64,000 nucleotides of DNA from Macrostomum lignano (lineage: Eukaryota), in NCBI GenBank assembly GCA_002269645.1, contig NIVC01002423.1, forward strand, positions 47,322 to 111,321. The letters run 5' to 3'. Position 1 is the first letter of the stretch. Each line of letters starts with the position of its first letter. A program made the position numbers and the translations under genes. The notes below the pieces were generated by a model. It searched no databases and was not told the origin of the DNA. It saw only the letters and a list, made by a program, of their open reading frames with translations. Below are positions 36,255 to 48,057 of this stretch, piece by piece.

Positions 36255-39200
36255 CACGGTTGGGCTGGAATAAGATTTCGGGGTAAAAAAATGCCCAATA
36301 AAACGACCACTGCAGTGTGATAGAGGAACATCTCAGCTGCTAGGGGAATATTTTCCTAAAATGAAATCGGTTTGTCCTGACCAGTTATGCCTAATTATGT
36401 TAATTAGCTAGCATAATTAATTTATGTACTCGAAATTAGGCGCTTCCTTCGTGTGAAATCGCCTAAAAACTGCTTTTATGAGCTGTGTTCGTATTAAAAT
36501 CTGTAGCTATTTAATATCAATATATATTAGTATTAGTTATAGAAAGTGAGCACTTTGTAGTTCATATTATTAGTACTCAAAAATTATAAGAAAAAAATAG
36601 AAATATCCAGCGTTTCAGAGAAAGGGTCTTTTCAAAACTGAGCAGCAGGTTGGACATTTGGATAGCACCTATTAAAATTTATATCAATAAAATTAAATAT
36701 ATGATTATAATATAACTTATATAGCAATTCATGATCAGTTTATGTTTTAGCATGCAGGTACTGCGAGATACATGTCACAGATGAAGAAGAGAATATTGCT
36801 AATCTGAGCAGAAAAGTCTGGGTCAAAAGTTTTTTTAGATATTGAATATTTCTTTTGAATTACTTCCATTGCCAATAGAATCAATATTCAAACTTTTGGA
36901 TGTTGAACTTTGAGACAGATCCCTTCACAAATAGTCATGGAAGTATTGCTCCTATTATACTGTTTTTCTTCATCCATGTAGTAGTGCTGGTAACAACAGC
37001 ATGCAGCAAAGTAGGCTGCACAACACGACAGTAAATTTAGTCAAATGAAAAGCCATCACCGCATTAAATATGTCACTGCATTAGATATGCCAGCTGTTAT
37101 ACGCCACTGTTGCCTGCAGCAGCCTATTGCCGAACTGTGGGTGATCGGCTGGCAGCCTGTAGCGTTGCCAAGTCCGCTGGAAATCCGAGTGTGCGCTCTC
37201 TACTGCCTGTTCGCTACAAGTTCCAAGTGCACGACCAGTGCGATGGCAGAAGTCGCTCACGTGGCAAAGGAGAACATGCACTTTGGGCGTGACAGTCAAT
37301 CCCAGTGCCAGGTATGCAGCTCCAAAATTTTCGATTCGCTCACCAAAATCCGGGGCCAATTCCTGGCCAAATGCTCCATTAACAACGCTGTTGAAGCAAA
37401 TCAAGCACTGGGCGAAGGGCTGTAGTTCATGAGGAACGTCTTCAAGAAGAACCTCAGCCATCAGCAGCAATTTGCGACAAGCGTTGCCTTCCATTGTGCC
37501 GCCGCGGTACCCCGCTCGCACGATGCCGTGAGATTGTAGCCATGCAAATCCGCGGTCTTCGCCCCAAGCTTCGTTCAAAGAATCAAGCAATTTGTTACTG
37601 ATTCCGAGCAGAAGATGCAGTTCAGGAGGGGGCAGCAGCATCAGCACTTCCTCGTCATCATCACCAGCCAGCAGCGGCAGATTGACACAGTTCATGAACT
37701 GCTTCGCTCTGCTCCAAACTCGTCCAGCAGAATTGAACTCCTGCACTTTCTGCCGAATTCTACCGAGGGTTCGTGGCCTGCCGCTTGTCGTCAGTGGTGC
37801 AGTAGACTCGCAGTACGGACATGGGTGAGCACACGAGTGAGGCTGGAGTCCGCAGAGAATGTTTGCTAGCTTCATGTCTGTGACAGTCACAGCAGACAGC
37901 TCCACCACAGAAACAGCCTGTAGCAGTGTTTTTACATTTTTGTACGTTTCTGAGATGTCGTTGACGATTGCGAGAACTATAATTTTTTTCACTCCGGCGT
38001 CATTGAACTGTGAGTGGCGTCGCACACTTTCGTGAACTGCAGCAGCACCGCCGTGCGCCTGATGGTCAGACGTGGACGCAACGACAGACACGCAAATCTT
38101 AAAAAAACCTCCGCCACCATCAAGCCCCAGCCGGCATTCGAAGTTAGAGGCTCCTCGCTGTTGGACAATAAATTCAATGAGGCGCGAAGCATCAGTGCAG
38201 AGGACAGCAGCACGATCACCAATGGCAGAAGATGACAGCTCGAATTGAAGTGTCTGAAGTTTAAAAAAGTCTTCCAATACACGATTCTGAGTCACTAATG
38301 AATCTTTCAGCCTAGATTCAACTGCTCGCGAAGAGCTCGCACCAGCTCTCAGTACCTGCGCGACCTGCAGCGTCTGATTGTTGCTAAGATTCAGCACACC
38401 TTTCAGTGTCTTCATTGTGCTGATAGAAGTTGCAGGAAAGCTGGTTGCTCCATTGCCCACACTAGCACCAACAGTCACGCGCATTGGGCGACCACCTTCC
38501 ATCCGTGACAAGGAAACACAGCTGGAGCCACTTGCTGCAGCCTTTGTTGATATGCAGCTGCTGGCCAGCATGTCCTGCGTATCAGGACTGACGCCCTGCT
38601 GCAGATTAGTCAGTCGCGTTGCTCTTGAGCAGTTGTGTTTCTTGCCACGGCCAATTTCTGATCGACAAAACGAGCAAATGAACTGTGGTTGTGCTGCATC
38701 AGCTGCCGACAATGGATGTTTTCGAGGTCGTCCTGGACGAGATGCAGCAGCGCCAGTACTGTAAGAGCTGACAGAAGTTGTCAACTTGCTGCTGTTCTTC
38801 GATCTGGCAAGCTCGCACAGTTCGCAAGAGCAATGCGGATTATTTCTTGTGGACGGAGGCAGACTCTGCAGGTCGGCAACCATCTGCTCATAGTTTAGCC
38901 TTGGTGGCAACTCACGAGGCGCTGGACCAGATAGAGATGAAATGATGCGTCGACACCCGTCACACAAGCCGGTCGGCAGAATGTACTGTACAGAGGCGAA
39001 ATTCGGCACCAAATCCTCAGCAGGAAAATTGGCTACCGACCAAATTGAGCGCGAGGCTTTCCGCAAACAGAGCAAACACAGACTCTCTCTGCACTCCTCA
39101 TGTGATTTTTTTGCATTCGGCATATTCTGAAATTCTGAAATTGATCGCTGGCCACCGATGCAAGAGACAAATGTTTTGAATTTGGCCCTGACTTGAGTAT

Positions 39201-39695
39201 TGGTTGTGATATTTATTTGAGTGCTGCTATGAGTTGGCTATGAAAGTAGCAATCAATGTACATCTGACAGTCTGACGCATATGAAATAGTTCATACGTAC
39301 GTTCATTTGCTAATTTCAATATTGAGCAGAGAGAGTGCGTGGGACCTAGAGCACAACAGTTAAAATCGAAGCTTGAGCAGAGCATTGGCTGCTGCATACA
39401 TTCTGATTAGCAACTGCTCATCCAGTATAATAGCAGTTTATATCATAAAAACATAAAAGCAGACCAGGCCATAAAAGCAGTTTTTAGGCGATTTCACACG
39501 AAGGAAGCGCCTAATTTCGAGTACATAAATTAATTATGCTAGCTAATTAACATAATTAGGCATAACTGGTCAGGACAAACCGATTTCATTTTAGGAAAAT
39601 ATTCCCCTAGCAGCTGAGATGTTCCTCTATCACACTGCAGTGGTCGTTTTATTGGGCATTTTTTTACCCCGAAATCTTATTCCAGCCCAACCGTG
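36255..39695 (-). mobile_element. Full-length Chapaev (CMC/Transib-related) DNA transposon
   Basis: 226-bp TIRs (36255-36480 and 39470-39695) starting CACGGTT, an AGAA 4-bp TSD on both sides and one intact transposase ORF. Confidence 0.92.
37081..39123 (-). CDS. Chapaev transposase, 680 aa, intact
   Basis: N-terminal HEECRESLCLLC Chapa motif. GLDGGGG, TDMKLANILCG, PPPELHLLLG and SEQAVESAH give a complete DDE triad. Confidence 0.9.
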   Translation of the reverse strand: MPNAKKSHEECRESLCLLCLRKASRSIWSVANFPAEDLVPNFASVQYILPTGLCDGCRRIISSLSGPAPRELPPRLNYEQMVADLQSLPPSTRNNPHCSCELCELARSKNSSKLTTSVSSYSTGAAASRPGRPRKHPLSAADAAQPQFICSFCRSEIGRGKKHNCSRATRLTNLQQGVSPDTQDMLASSCISTKAAASGSSCVSLSRMEGGRPMRVTVGASVGNGATSFPATSISTMKTLKGVLNLSNNQTLQVAQVLRAGASSSRAVESRLKDSLVTQNRVLEDFFKLQTLQFELSSSAIGDRAAVLCTDASRLIEFIVQQRGASNFECRLGLDGGGGFFKICVSVVASTSDHQAHGGAAAVHESVRRHSQFNDAGVKKIIVLAIVNDISETYKNVKTLLQAVSVVELSAVTVTDMKLANILCGLQPHSCAHPCPYCESTAPLTTSGRPRTLGRIRQKVQEFNSAGRVWSRAKQFMNCVNLPLLAGDDDEEVLMLLPPPELHLLLGISNKLLDSLNEAWGEDRGFAWLQSHGIVRAGYRGGTMEGNACRKLLLMAEVLLEDVPHELQPFAQCLICFNSVVNGAFGQELAPDFGERIENFGAAYLALGLTVTPKVHVLLCHVSDFCHRTGRALGTCSEQAVESAHSDFQRTWQRYRLPADHPQFGNRLLQATVAYNSWHI

Positions 39696-39787
39696 AGAAC
39701 CTATAATGAAAATAGACTCAAGTTATGATATTTGCTTTTATTCAATGAAATTATGGAGAATGAAACTGAAACTTACCGAGTCTTGAT

Positions 39788-42700
39788 TGACTTGACTTAG
39801 CTGCAGGGCTGTCCCGGAGGGGACACAGCGGGAAGGCGCGGGCGCCCATTCCGCTAGTCCCTGAACGGCCGACGCGTCGCTATGGACGGAGGGTTGGCGC
39901 CGCCCAGGGAGGTCCCCCAGTGTCGCCAGCAGCTATGGTGCTCTCTGGAAAGGAGAGTTCAGCCCTGCGGGTGGCCCGAAGGTAGCGCATGAGCTGATTA
40001 AAGTTTTCGGGTTTGCACGCTTCAGTAATAGATGTGTGTGGCCCGAGGTAAGTGAGTCTGGCCCGCGTGAAGGCGGGACAGATGCTGACAAAATGCTCAG
40101 CGGTTTCGTCACCTGAGTTGCAGAAACTACAGGTGGCGTTGGTGGCGTTGCCCTGCAGGTACTGGTGCCTGGAGAAGCAGCCGTGACCAGAGAGGGTCAT
40201 GGTGGCAGCCCGGGTGTCTCTGCGCGAGAGGCGCAAGAGGAGCTTCCGGAGCTGGTGAGAGGGCTGAGGGACAGCGCCTCTGGATTGTCTGCAGTTCGTG
40301 CGGTTCGCCCAAGTCTGCTGAGTCCTGATCCACGCTTTGATGCGCGAGTCGATGACACAGCCAGGAATCGGGACAAGAGGTTCGGGGCCGAGAGAGGAGC
40401 CGGAGGCACCAACTTTTGCAAGGGTGTCAGCCAACTCATTTCCTCGGATCCCCACATGCCCCGAAACCCACTTAAGGGTAATTTTGTTGGCGGAACCCAA
40501 CACGTTGAGAAGTTTGATACAGTCGAGGACTGTAGCAGAGTTGGTGCTGCAGCCACTGATGGCGTGCAAGGCAGCTAGGCTGTCCGAATGGAAAATGATG
40601 TTCTTACCAGTAACGCCAGTGGCGAGAAGCTCTGCAGTGCAGGAGCTGATGGCCAGAACTTCATTTTGGAAAACACTGGAGTTGACCCCAGTGTATTGAG
40701 CGTGGGTAGCGATGACCCTCCCGTTCAGAAAGATTCCAACACCAAAGCCGGTGTTGGCTGACTGCTTAAAACCGTCGGTGTAGCAATGAAGCTCACCAGG
40801 GTTCCATTGGTCATTGATGTTATCGCGCGAGTCGATAGCTACGGAGTAGCGCTGTCTCAGGTTGAGCGTTGAGGCAATGCCATCGGTGAAGACGCGATTG
40901 GCCTGACACTCGTTGAGAAAGTTGAGGCACAGATCGCTATGCGGGACAAGGTTCCGCTTAGCAGGTGCTCTCATGTAAATGAATTTGACGCCGGCATCAA
41001 TTAGACGCCGCGTCGTTCTAGCCGCCTCACCCCTGATGAAGAGGTCAAGAGGCGGAATATTAAGGAAGGCCCCCATGCCAGCAAAGGGCGTGGACCTGGT
41101 GGCGTTGCAGATGAGCCTACACGCTCTGCCTTGGATCGTGTTGAGCAGGTCTGCATGGCTTTTTACCTGGGTAGCGCTAATCCAGACAACAGAGGCGTAC
41201 GTAATGGCAGGTCTAACTACGGAAGTATAGATCCACCAAAGCCGCTTTGGGGATAGACCCCAAGAAGTGCCAAGTGCTCGTCGGAGCTGGGCCAGGATGG
41301 CTGAGGCACGCTTGGCTTTTGCTTTCACGTGGGAGGACCAGTTGAGCCGGTGGTCAAGTATGACCCCGAGGCATCTGGTCTGGTGCGCGAAGGCAATATC
41401 TCTGCCGTAGAGCTGCAGAGGACGTATGTTCCAGCGTAGTCTGCTGGTAAACATAATGGCAATGGTTTTGGGCTCAGAGAGTTCCAGACCATTGTCATTG
41501 GCCCAGGATTCTGCTTTGCGGATAAAGCTCTGCATCAGATCCCTGAGCGTGCTGGGAGACGGTCCTGCCACAATGGCCGTGACGTCATCAGCATACCCGA
41601 CTTTGAAGACGGGGTCGGGTCGGGAGTCACTCAAAAGAGCGTCCATGACCAGGTTCCAGAGCGTCGGGGTGAGGACTCCGCCTTGGGGTCCACCCTTACA
41701 GACTCTGGTGGAGGCAGTTTGCCCAAGAAGTTGGGCAGTGACCGTACGGTTGGAGATCATGTACATGATCCACCGTATGAGGGTAGCATGAGCTTTGCGA
41801 TTTTGAAGGGCCCTCTGAAACGCTTCAAAGATAACGTTGTCGAAGGCGCCAACAATGTCAAGAAAGAGAGCCAGAGCGTAACCGTCACCCAGTACCGCCC
41901 TTTCAATCTTCTCGACAATCGCATGCAGGGCGCTGTCAGTCGACCTCCCGGTATGGAAGGCGTGCTGATTATTGCTGAGGGGCATCGCTGTCAGCTCGCA
42001 GGACAGCAGCCGCCAGAGAATAAGCCTCTCAGTGAGCTTAAGCATTGCTGACGTTAAGCTAATAGGCCGGAAGGCCTTGACGCTTTGGTAGTCACCCTTC
42101 CCAGGTTTGGGAATAAAGACTACCCAAGCTTCAGTCCAGCATTTGGGAACGTATCCCAGCTGGATAGAGGCCCGCATAAGATTGCGGGTGAGTCTCAGGA
42201 ACGAGGGTATCTTGGCTGCTTCACGAAGGAGAACAGGGTAGATACCATCAGGTCCAGGAGATTTGAAGGGTTTGAAGGTTTTGACCGCACGAGCGATTAG
42301 GTCTTCAGTGACAATGCCCGCCGCTAGGGTGGCTCCATCCATCGAATGGTTGGGCTCCGGTCTAGCAGTAGGTACCCTCGGGAAGAATGTGCTGAGCATA
42401 TGCTGTAGCACTTCTTCAGGGTCTTTAGTAAGAGAGCCATCATCTTTTTTGATCATGGCTAATTTGGACATTTTGTCCATTGTAAGGGCCTTGACAAGCC
42501 TAGAAGTAGGTCTGTCTTGATCTAATTCATTGCAGAATTGGCGCCACTTACATTCCTTGGCCTTGCGCACTTCAGATTTGAAGTTGCGGGAGGCTTGCCG
42601 GAAAAGCTCCATGTCCTCCGGGTTTCCGGTCTTCATGGCACGGCGATGAAGGCTTTTGGCCTTCCGCCTGAGTTTCCCCAGTTCCGGGTTCCACCACGGC

Positions 42701-43292
42701 GCCGAGGTCTTGCCTTTGTAGGCGCGAGCAGGACAAGCCGCTACGTAGGCTGCAATAATGCAACCTGTCAGCGTCTCAGCCATATGATCCACATCCTCGC
42801 AGGTCTCAATCGGACGTAAGTCCGTGAGTTCCTGCAGGTGCAGATCAAGGGCAGCCTTGTAGGCCGCCCAATCAGTGTTGCGGATATTGCGCCTCCAAGT
42901 GATCGGAGACTGGGTTTTAGTGTCCGCGATGTTAAAGGCGATAAAGCAGTGGTCAGACCGGGAGGGCTCCTCAGACCAGACTCTCCACTCCTCAACTCTG
43001 TCAAAGAGTCTTGGGGTAACGAGTGTGGCGTCGAGGACCTCGGTCCATCTGCCATTATTAAAGGTAGGAGTGCTGCCGCGGTTGCAGAGCATGAGGTTTG
43101 TGTTAAAGATGAGGGCCAGAAGCTCCTCTCCTCTAGTGTTGGTATCTTTGCTGCCCCAGTGCTTGTGGTGCGCGTTAAGGTCGCCCCCTAAGCACAGCTC
43201 AGCGTTCTGGGACTCGCAGTACTGCGCGAGGCGCAGTAAACTCTCAGGAGCAGGGTCTCTGTCCCCTGGGATATAAACCGAGGCAACAAGAC
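39788..43292 (-). mobile_element. 5'-truncated I-group (Loa/Lian-like) LINE: partial APE, RT, RNase H, CCHC
   Basis: GDLNAHH and SDH (APE); PQGGVLTP and YADD (RT); YTDG...HVGIRGNELAD (RNase H). AAGTC-type tail. 13-bp TSD ACCGAGTCTTGAT at 39775-39787 and 43293-43305. Confidence 0.92.
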
Positions 43293-43743
43293 ACCGAGTC
43301 TTGATAGTTGTTACTTCGTTTGTCACTCCTCTCATTTTTTCGATAAGGCGTCCAATAAATCGGCTTTCTCTAATAGATTTAGAATCGCTCTCTTTGCTCT
43401 TCTCTTCCTTCTTATCCTTCTTGAAGGACTCACATTCAATCTTTCGCAGTTTTTCCAGTAATGAGTTCTGCTCCTCGCTAGACAAGCGACTAACTGCAAC
43501 TGCTGAACTTGATTGGTCTTTTGAGCTAATACTCTTAATCGTGGAAACTATCTTAGATGGAAGCTTTCTATCGCTGGAAGAAGCCATTTGAAATATGTTG
43601 TATAGATAGAATTCTAGACCTAAAGTAAATTTTCTCTTGCTCTTGCTTGCTAAGCTAAATAAAACTAATATAGCGATGGAGGGGAGGGTCGCAGTCAGCC
43701 GATAACAGGTTACAACTAGCAAAAGTGTGTGGGTGTGAGCCAT
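39880..43743 (-). CDS. Chimeric 1287-aa ORF: resident exon fused in frame to the LINE RT-RNase H
   Basis: Uninterrupted frame across the TSD junction EVTTIKTR|CLVASVY. ATGs at 43743 and 43587. Confidence 0.75.
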   Translation of the reverse strand: MAHTHTLLLVVTCYRLTATLPSIAILVLFSLASKSKRKFTLGLEFYLYNIFQMASSSDRKLPSKIVSTIKSISSKDQSSSAVAVSRLSSEEQNSLLEKLRKIECESFKKDKKEEKSKESDSKSIRESRFIGRLIEKMRGVTNEVTTIKTRCLVASVYIPGDRDPAPESLLRLAQYCESQNAELCLGGDLNAHHKHWGSKDTNTRGEELLALIFNTNLMLCNRGSTPTFNNGRWTEVLDATLVTPRLFDRVEEWRVWSEEPSRSDHCFIAFNIADTKTQSPITWRRNIRNTDWAAYKAALDLHLQELTDLRPIETCEDVDHMAETLTGCIIAAYVAACPARAYKGKTSAPWWNPELGKLRRKAKSLHRRAMKTGNPEDMELFRQASRNFKSEVRKAKECKWRQFCNELDQDRPTSRLVKALTMDKMSKLAMIKKDDGSLTKDPEEVLQHMLSTFFPRVPTARPEPNHSMDGATLAAGIVTEDLIARAVKTFKPFKSPGPDGIYPVLLREAAKIPSFLRLTRNLMRASIQLGYVPKCWTEAWVVFIPKPGKGDYQSVKAFRPISLTSAMLKLTERLILWRLLSCELTAMPLSNNQHAFHTGRSTDSALHAIVEKIERAVLGDGYALALFLDIVGAFDNVIFEAFQRALQNRKAHATLIRWIMYMISNRTVTAQLLGQTASTRVCKGGPQGGVLTPTLWNLVMDALLSDSRPDPVFKVGYADDVTAIVAGPSPSTLRDLMQSFIRKAESWANDNGLELSEPKTIAIMFTSRLRWNIRPLQLYGRDIAFAHQTRCLGVILDHRLNWSSHVKAKAKRASAILAQLRRALGTSWGLSPKRLWWIYTSVVRPAITYASVVWISATQVKSHADLLNTIQGRACRLICNATRSTPFAGMGAFLNIPPLDLFIRGEAARTTRRLIDAGVKFIYMRAPAKRNLVPHSDLCLNFLNECQANRVFTDGIASTLNLRQRYSVAIDSRDNINDQWNPGELHCYTDGFKQSANTGFGVGIFLNGRVIATHAQYTGVNSSVFQNEVLAISSCTAELLATGVTGKNIIFHSDSLAALHAISGCSTNSATVLDCIKLLNVLGSANKITLKWVSGHVGIRGNELADTLAKVGASGSSLGPEPLVPIPGCVIDSRIKAWIRTQQTWANRTNCRQSRGAVPQPSHQLRKLLLRLSRRDTRAATMTLSGHGCFSRHQYLQGNATNATCSFCNSGDETAEHFVSICPAFTRARLTYLGPHTSITEACKPENFNQLMRYLRATRRAELSFPESTIAAGDTGGPPWAAPTLRP

Positions 43744-44702
43744 GCGTTAAACTTGATATGTGTGTGAGTGTATTTGTTTCAACAAAGAATCTCTAACAAT
43801 TACTCACGCGTTCGTTGTGCGAGTTGAGATAGAGAGTATCTTTTAATAAACACACACAAATAACTAGCATAACGTTTGAGAGTTGGTGAGTGTGCCAGTC
43901 CTGCATCAGCCTATAAATTGTTGTGAAAGACAGCTAGCATGAGGGGTGCCCCTAGTGTCTTTTATGGGTTGAATAAGGGGGTTTGATGAAGATGAAAAAA
44001 CACTGAACTCCTGTGAGAGTCTCGGAGAGTGGCAGCGGAGTGTGGTGTGAGTCAGTCTCAATCTCTCAATCAGCGAAACCAGAATTCAAAAACCAGATTG
44101 TAACTGCTAATTTTTCTTAGAAAAATTGGAAGCTAATAACCCAAATGTTCGAAATGCTCTGCCACAAAAATACTATGATTCTATTGTAAGTTTCTCTCAA
44201 ATAAAACACCCACTCGAAAGGCTCGACTAATTGAAGAAATTGATAAAGCTTACGATGAATATAAAGTAGAAATATTAAAACACACCGATTGTAAATGCCC
44301 CCATAATTGTATTCATTCAGAGTATATCTTGCACATGTTGATAAATGGGCATTGATTTCGAGACAGCACATAAGGAATGATGAATTTTTCGTCATGCTGA
44401 AACTGAACATTTTTAAACTCCCCATAACCCGTGAGAAGTACATTGAAACCGATAAATTACAATATATTGTTAAATTTATTTTTAATAAAATGGAAAGAAA
44501 AAATCAGAATGATTCAAGTGTCTCTCCTGTGATCGTACAGGATCCGCTTCAAAACCATGATGCCCCACCACCAAGATTGACAAATTTAAAACAAACAAAA
44601 TCTTACGATTAACTAATTAATCTCTATAGAGAACTTAATTTTAGATTCGGAAGTTGCAGTATAACATGGAATAGTAAAACAAAGAAAAAAATACCGTCAG
44701 GA

Positions 44703-46020
44703 ATGCCAACCAAAGCAGATAGGAATTCAACCTCCCCACCATTTCGACCAGAGGCAGACAACATGATTTGGATAGATACGAAAATCTCAAATATAACCGT
44801 AATCGATATTGATAATGCTGACCTATGCCCTGAGTTGATTGAACTGTGTATGACTCATTGTGATTGGATTGTTCAGACAAACAAGGGTCATCACTTTTAC
44901 TTTAACAAGGTAGATGGATTAAAAGTAACGATTCAACAAAGTGTGGGTTTTGATATTCCGGCTTTAGTATTTGCTCCACCAGGTTTCTATTATGTGGATG
45001 GTGAAATGAAGGAATACAAACGTACAAAGTGCGAGGGACAGATGTAATTCTTGATGAGATAAATAGATTAATTAAGCCACAGGATAAAAAAGAAAACCAA
45101 GAACCCGATAAACAGGCACTAAAAAGCACCGTTCCACCCCCCACTTGTGAAGGAGCTTCAAAGTTGTTAAGTATAATACAACACAAAAACCAAGACTATG
45201 GTTCTTGGTACAAGGTAGCACTTATACTCCGCGACATAGACAGTGGTGATGAAATGTACAAAGTATTCACTAATTGGTCAAAAGCAAATTATAATAGGTT
45301 CGATTCCGAGGCATGTGAGAAGCTGTGGAATAGCACCAGTGCCAGCTCTGCTGATGCACAGGACAGACTTACTATCGGTACACTAAAGAAATGGGCAAGT
45401 GAAGAAAACTATAACAAATATAAGGAATGGAAAAGCAAATATGATTATTATGGTAGAATTGAGTATCTTGATGATAATTTCACTGACGTTAACATAACCA
45501 ACTTTGTTTATGAATATAAGAAAAATAATATAATTTACAATAGCGATGGTATTTACTATTTTGATGATGATGAGTGGAGAGAACTAAGTAGTATAAATGA
45601 CATATTTCTTAAAATATCAGACCTTGTTAGCAGTGAGTTAAACCACCGAAAGACTAGACTCGAAATTGCAATTGAGAAGGCGGCTGATGATAAAGAGAAG
45701 TTAAAAGCACTTGAAAAGAAACTACAGAGTACAATGAAGAATATAAATTCAATACAAGGAGCCAACAAGCTCAAACAGGTAACTACTTTGTTCAAAGAGA
45801 GGTTTACTAACAATGAAATTGAATTCGATATGAAATGGAATTTGCTAGGGTTTAACGATGGAGTAAATGATCTCGCTACAGGTGAGTTTCGCGAGTATAG
45901 ATACGACGATTACGTTACTAAATCGGTGGAATATAATTACTCGGATGTACTTGGAGTGAGTGATTACGACTATAGCTTCATTGTTAATCTGCATAACCAA
46001 ATTCATCCCGATCCAGAAAA
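44703..46020 (+). pseudogene. Viral primase-helicase 5' part: PrimPol (bifunctional primase-polymerase), PriCT-2 and D5_N
   Basis: ITVIDID, VQTNKGHHFYF and GFDI..LVFAPPG; DYGSWYKV...WSK...C.KLW...LTIGTLKKWA; LLGFNDGV.DLATGEFR...DDYVTKS. Frameshift near 45030. Confidence 0.82.
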
Positions 46021-46673
46021 CAAGTGTCTATCTGTTTGGGATTCTGTTTGGGATAAGAAGGGCCCTAATAGGGGAAAATAATATTCGGGAAATGCGTTTG
46101 TTTATCGTTTCCAATGCCAACCGTTTCCGTGGATTTAACAGTAGCAGAATTGGGGATGAACTGGTCGCTGTATTTTCAATATTTTTCTTTTCGCGAATTT
46201 TGCTACTCTCTTCTTTAAATACTCATTTGACGTACGAAAATCTTGATGCGTAGTAAATTATACAATTTACTACGTTTATTTTTTGCTACCCTTCTTTTGA
46301 CGATGTCTTTTACGTATGAAAATCTTGTTGCGTAGCAAAATTATGCAATTTACTACGTTTATTTTTTGCTACCCTTCTTTTGACGATGTCTTTTACGTAT
46401 GAATGTTTTTATGCGTAGTTAAATTCAATATTTTGCTACCCTCTACCTTACGTCCCTGCTTGACGTAGGATGATTTCAAAACGTTGTGAAATTCTACAAT
46501 TTACGATGCTCGAATTTACTACACAAGTCTAATCTACATATCTTGTTGAAGTGCTGAAATTCGATGTGCAGTACTTTCTTAATGTTGCAATCGCAGAACT
46601 TTCTTAAAAAAAGCATCAGGAAGCAGTAGACACGAGAGTCAAGTTGGAATTTTATGTATTTTTTATTCACACT

Positions 46674-47560
46674 AGCTAAATTCAATGCGCTGCTTACGAT
46701 GCAGACCTTTTCGGCGTCTGAATTTGTGTGTAGACCAAAAATGAATTTCCTACCTAAGAATTGGGTACACTGGGTGTGTATTTATTTCAGATACATAGTA
46801 AAATCATTTTACTACCATACACGTTGCTACACAAGATGTGTACGAAATTCTGAAGCGTAGCAAAATATCCTATTTCGTCCCTGAGACCTCAGGGAAGTAC
46901 TTTAAGCGGGGCCAGTCGAAGCAGCGCCTGCTGGGCTGATATCCAGTCGATTGAGCTAGTCGCCGGGCAATTTTAATTTTCTTGAATTCACAGACTTTGC
47001 CAAAATTCGAGTTTGACTTGCAGATCCGCGTCAGTTTTTCACAACTGCACATTGGCCGCCAGGCAGTCGGGGTGGGTAACTTATTTCCATAGGAAATTAG
47101 TCACAATAGCTAAATTCAATGCGCTGATTACGATGGAGACCTTTTCGGCGCCTGAAGAGTTTTTAGGCCAAAATTGAATTTCCTAGCTAAGAGTTGGGTA
47201 CACTGGGTGTGTATTTATTTCACATACGTAGCAAAATCATTTTACTACCCATAGAGTTTGCTACATAAGATGTGTATGAAATTCGGAAGGTACCAAAATA
47301 CTCTTCTTCGTCCGTGAGACCTCTGGGAAGTACTTTGACCGGCGCCACTCAAAGTAGAGCCTGCTGGACTGATATCCAGTCGATTGAGTTAGTCGCCGGG
47401 TAATTTTAATTTTCTTGAATTCACAGACTTCGCCAAAATCTGAGTTCGACTTACCAATCCGCGTCAGTTTTTCGCAACTGCACATTGGCCGCCAAGCAGT
47501 CGGGGTGGGTAACTTATTTCCATAGGAAATTATTCCCAGTAGCTAAATTCAATGCGTAGT
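46674..47560. repeat. About 434-bp repeat unit, two tandem copies (left block)
   Basis: Units start AGCTAAATTCAATGCG at 46674, 47108 and 47541, with internal hairpins such as CCCTGAG-AC-CTCAGGG. Confidence 0.9.
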
Positions 47561-48057
47561 GAAGTTCAATATTTTGCAACGTTTGAATTTTGGTACTGAC
47601 TAATTTACATATGTTGTGGACGTGTGGAAATTTCAATGCGTAGTGAAATTCGACATTTTGCGACGTTCAAATTTCGGTACTGTGTAATTTACATATCTTG
47701 TGGACGTGTGGAAATTTCAATGCGTAGTGAAATTCTACAGTTTAGCATGCTCGAATTTACTACACAATTCAAATTTACATATCTTGTTGACGTGCTGAAA
47801 TTCGATGTGCCATACTTTTTTACTGTTCGAATCTCAGAAGTTTCTTAAAAATAGACTGTCACGAAGCAGTAGACACGAGGGTCAAGTTCGATTTACCGGT
47901 TCGTAGTTTTTTCTTTCCATTCTTTTCTTTGAGAACGAAAAGTTGCTGGAATTCTTTTTCTAATGTATTTTTTTCTTTTAAAACAGAAATTAGAACAAAA
48001 CTTGTCACGCAGAGTTGCCCAGAGTGGAGAACTTGTAAGCAAATTAGAAAAATAAAA

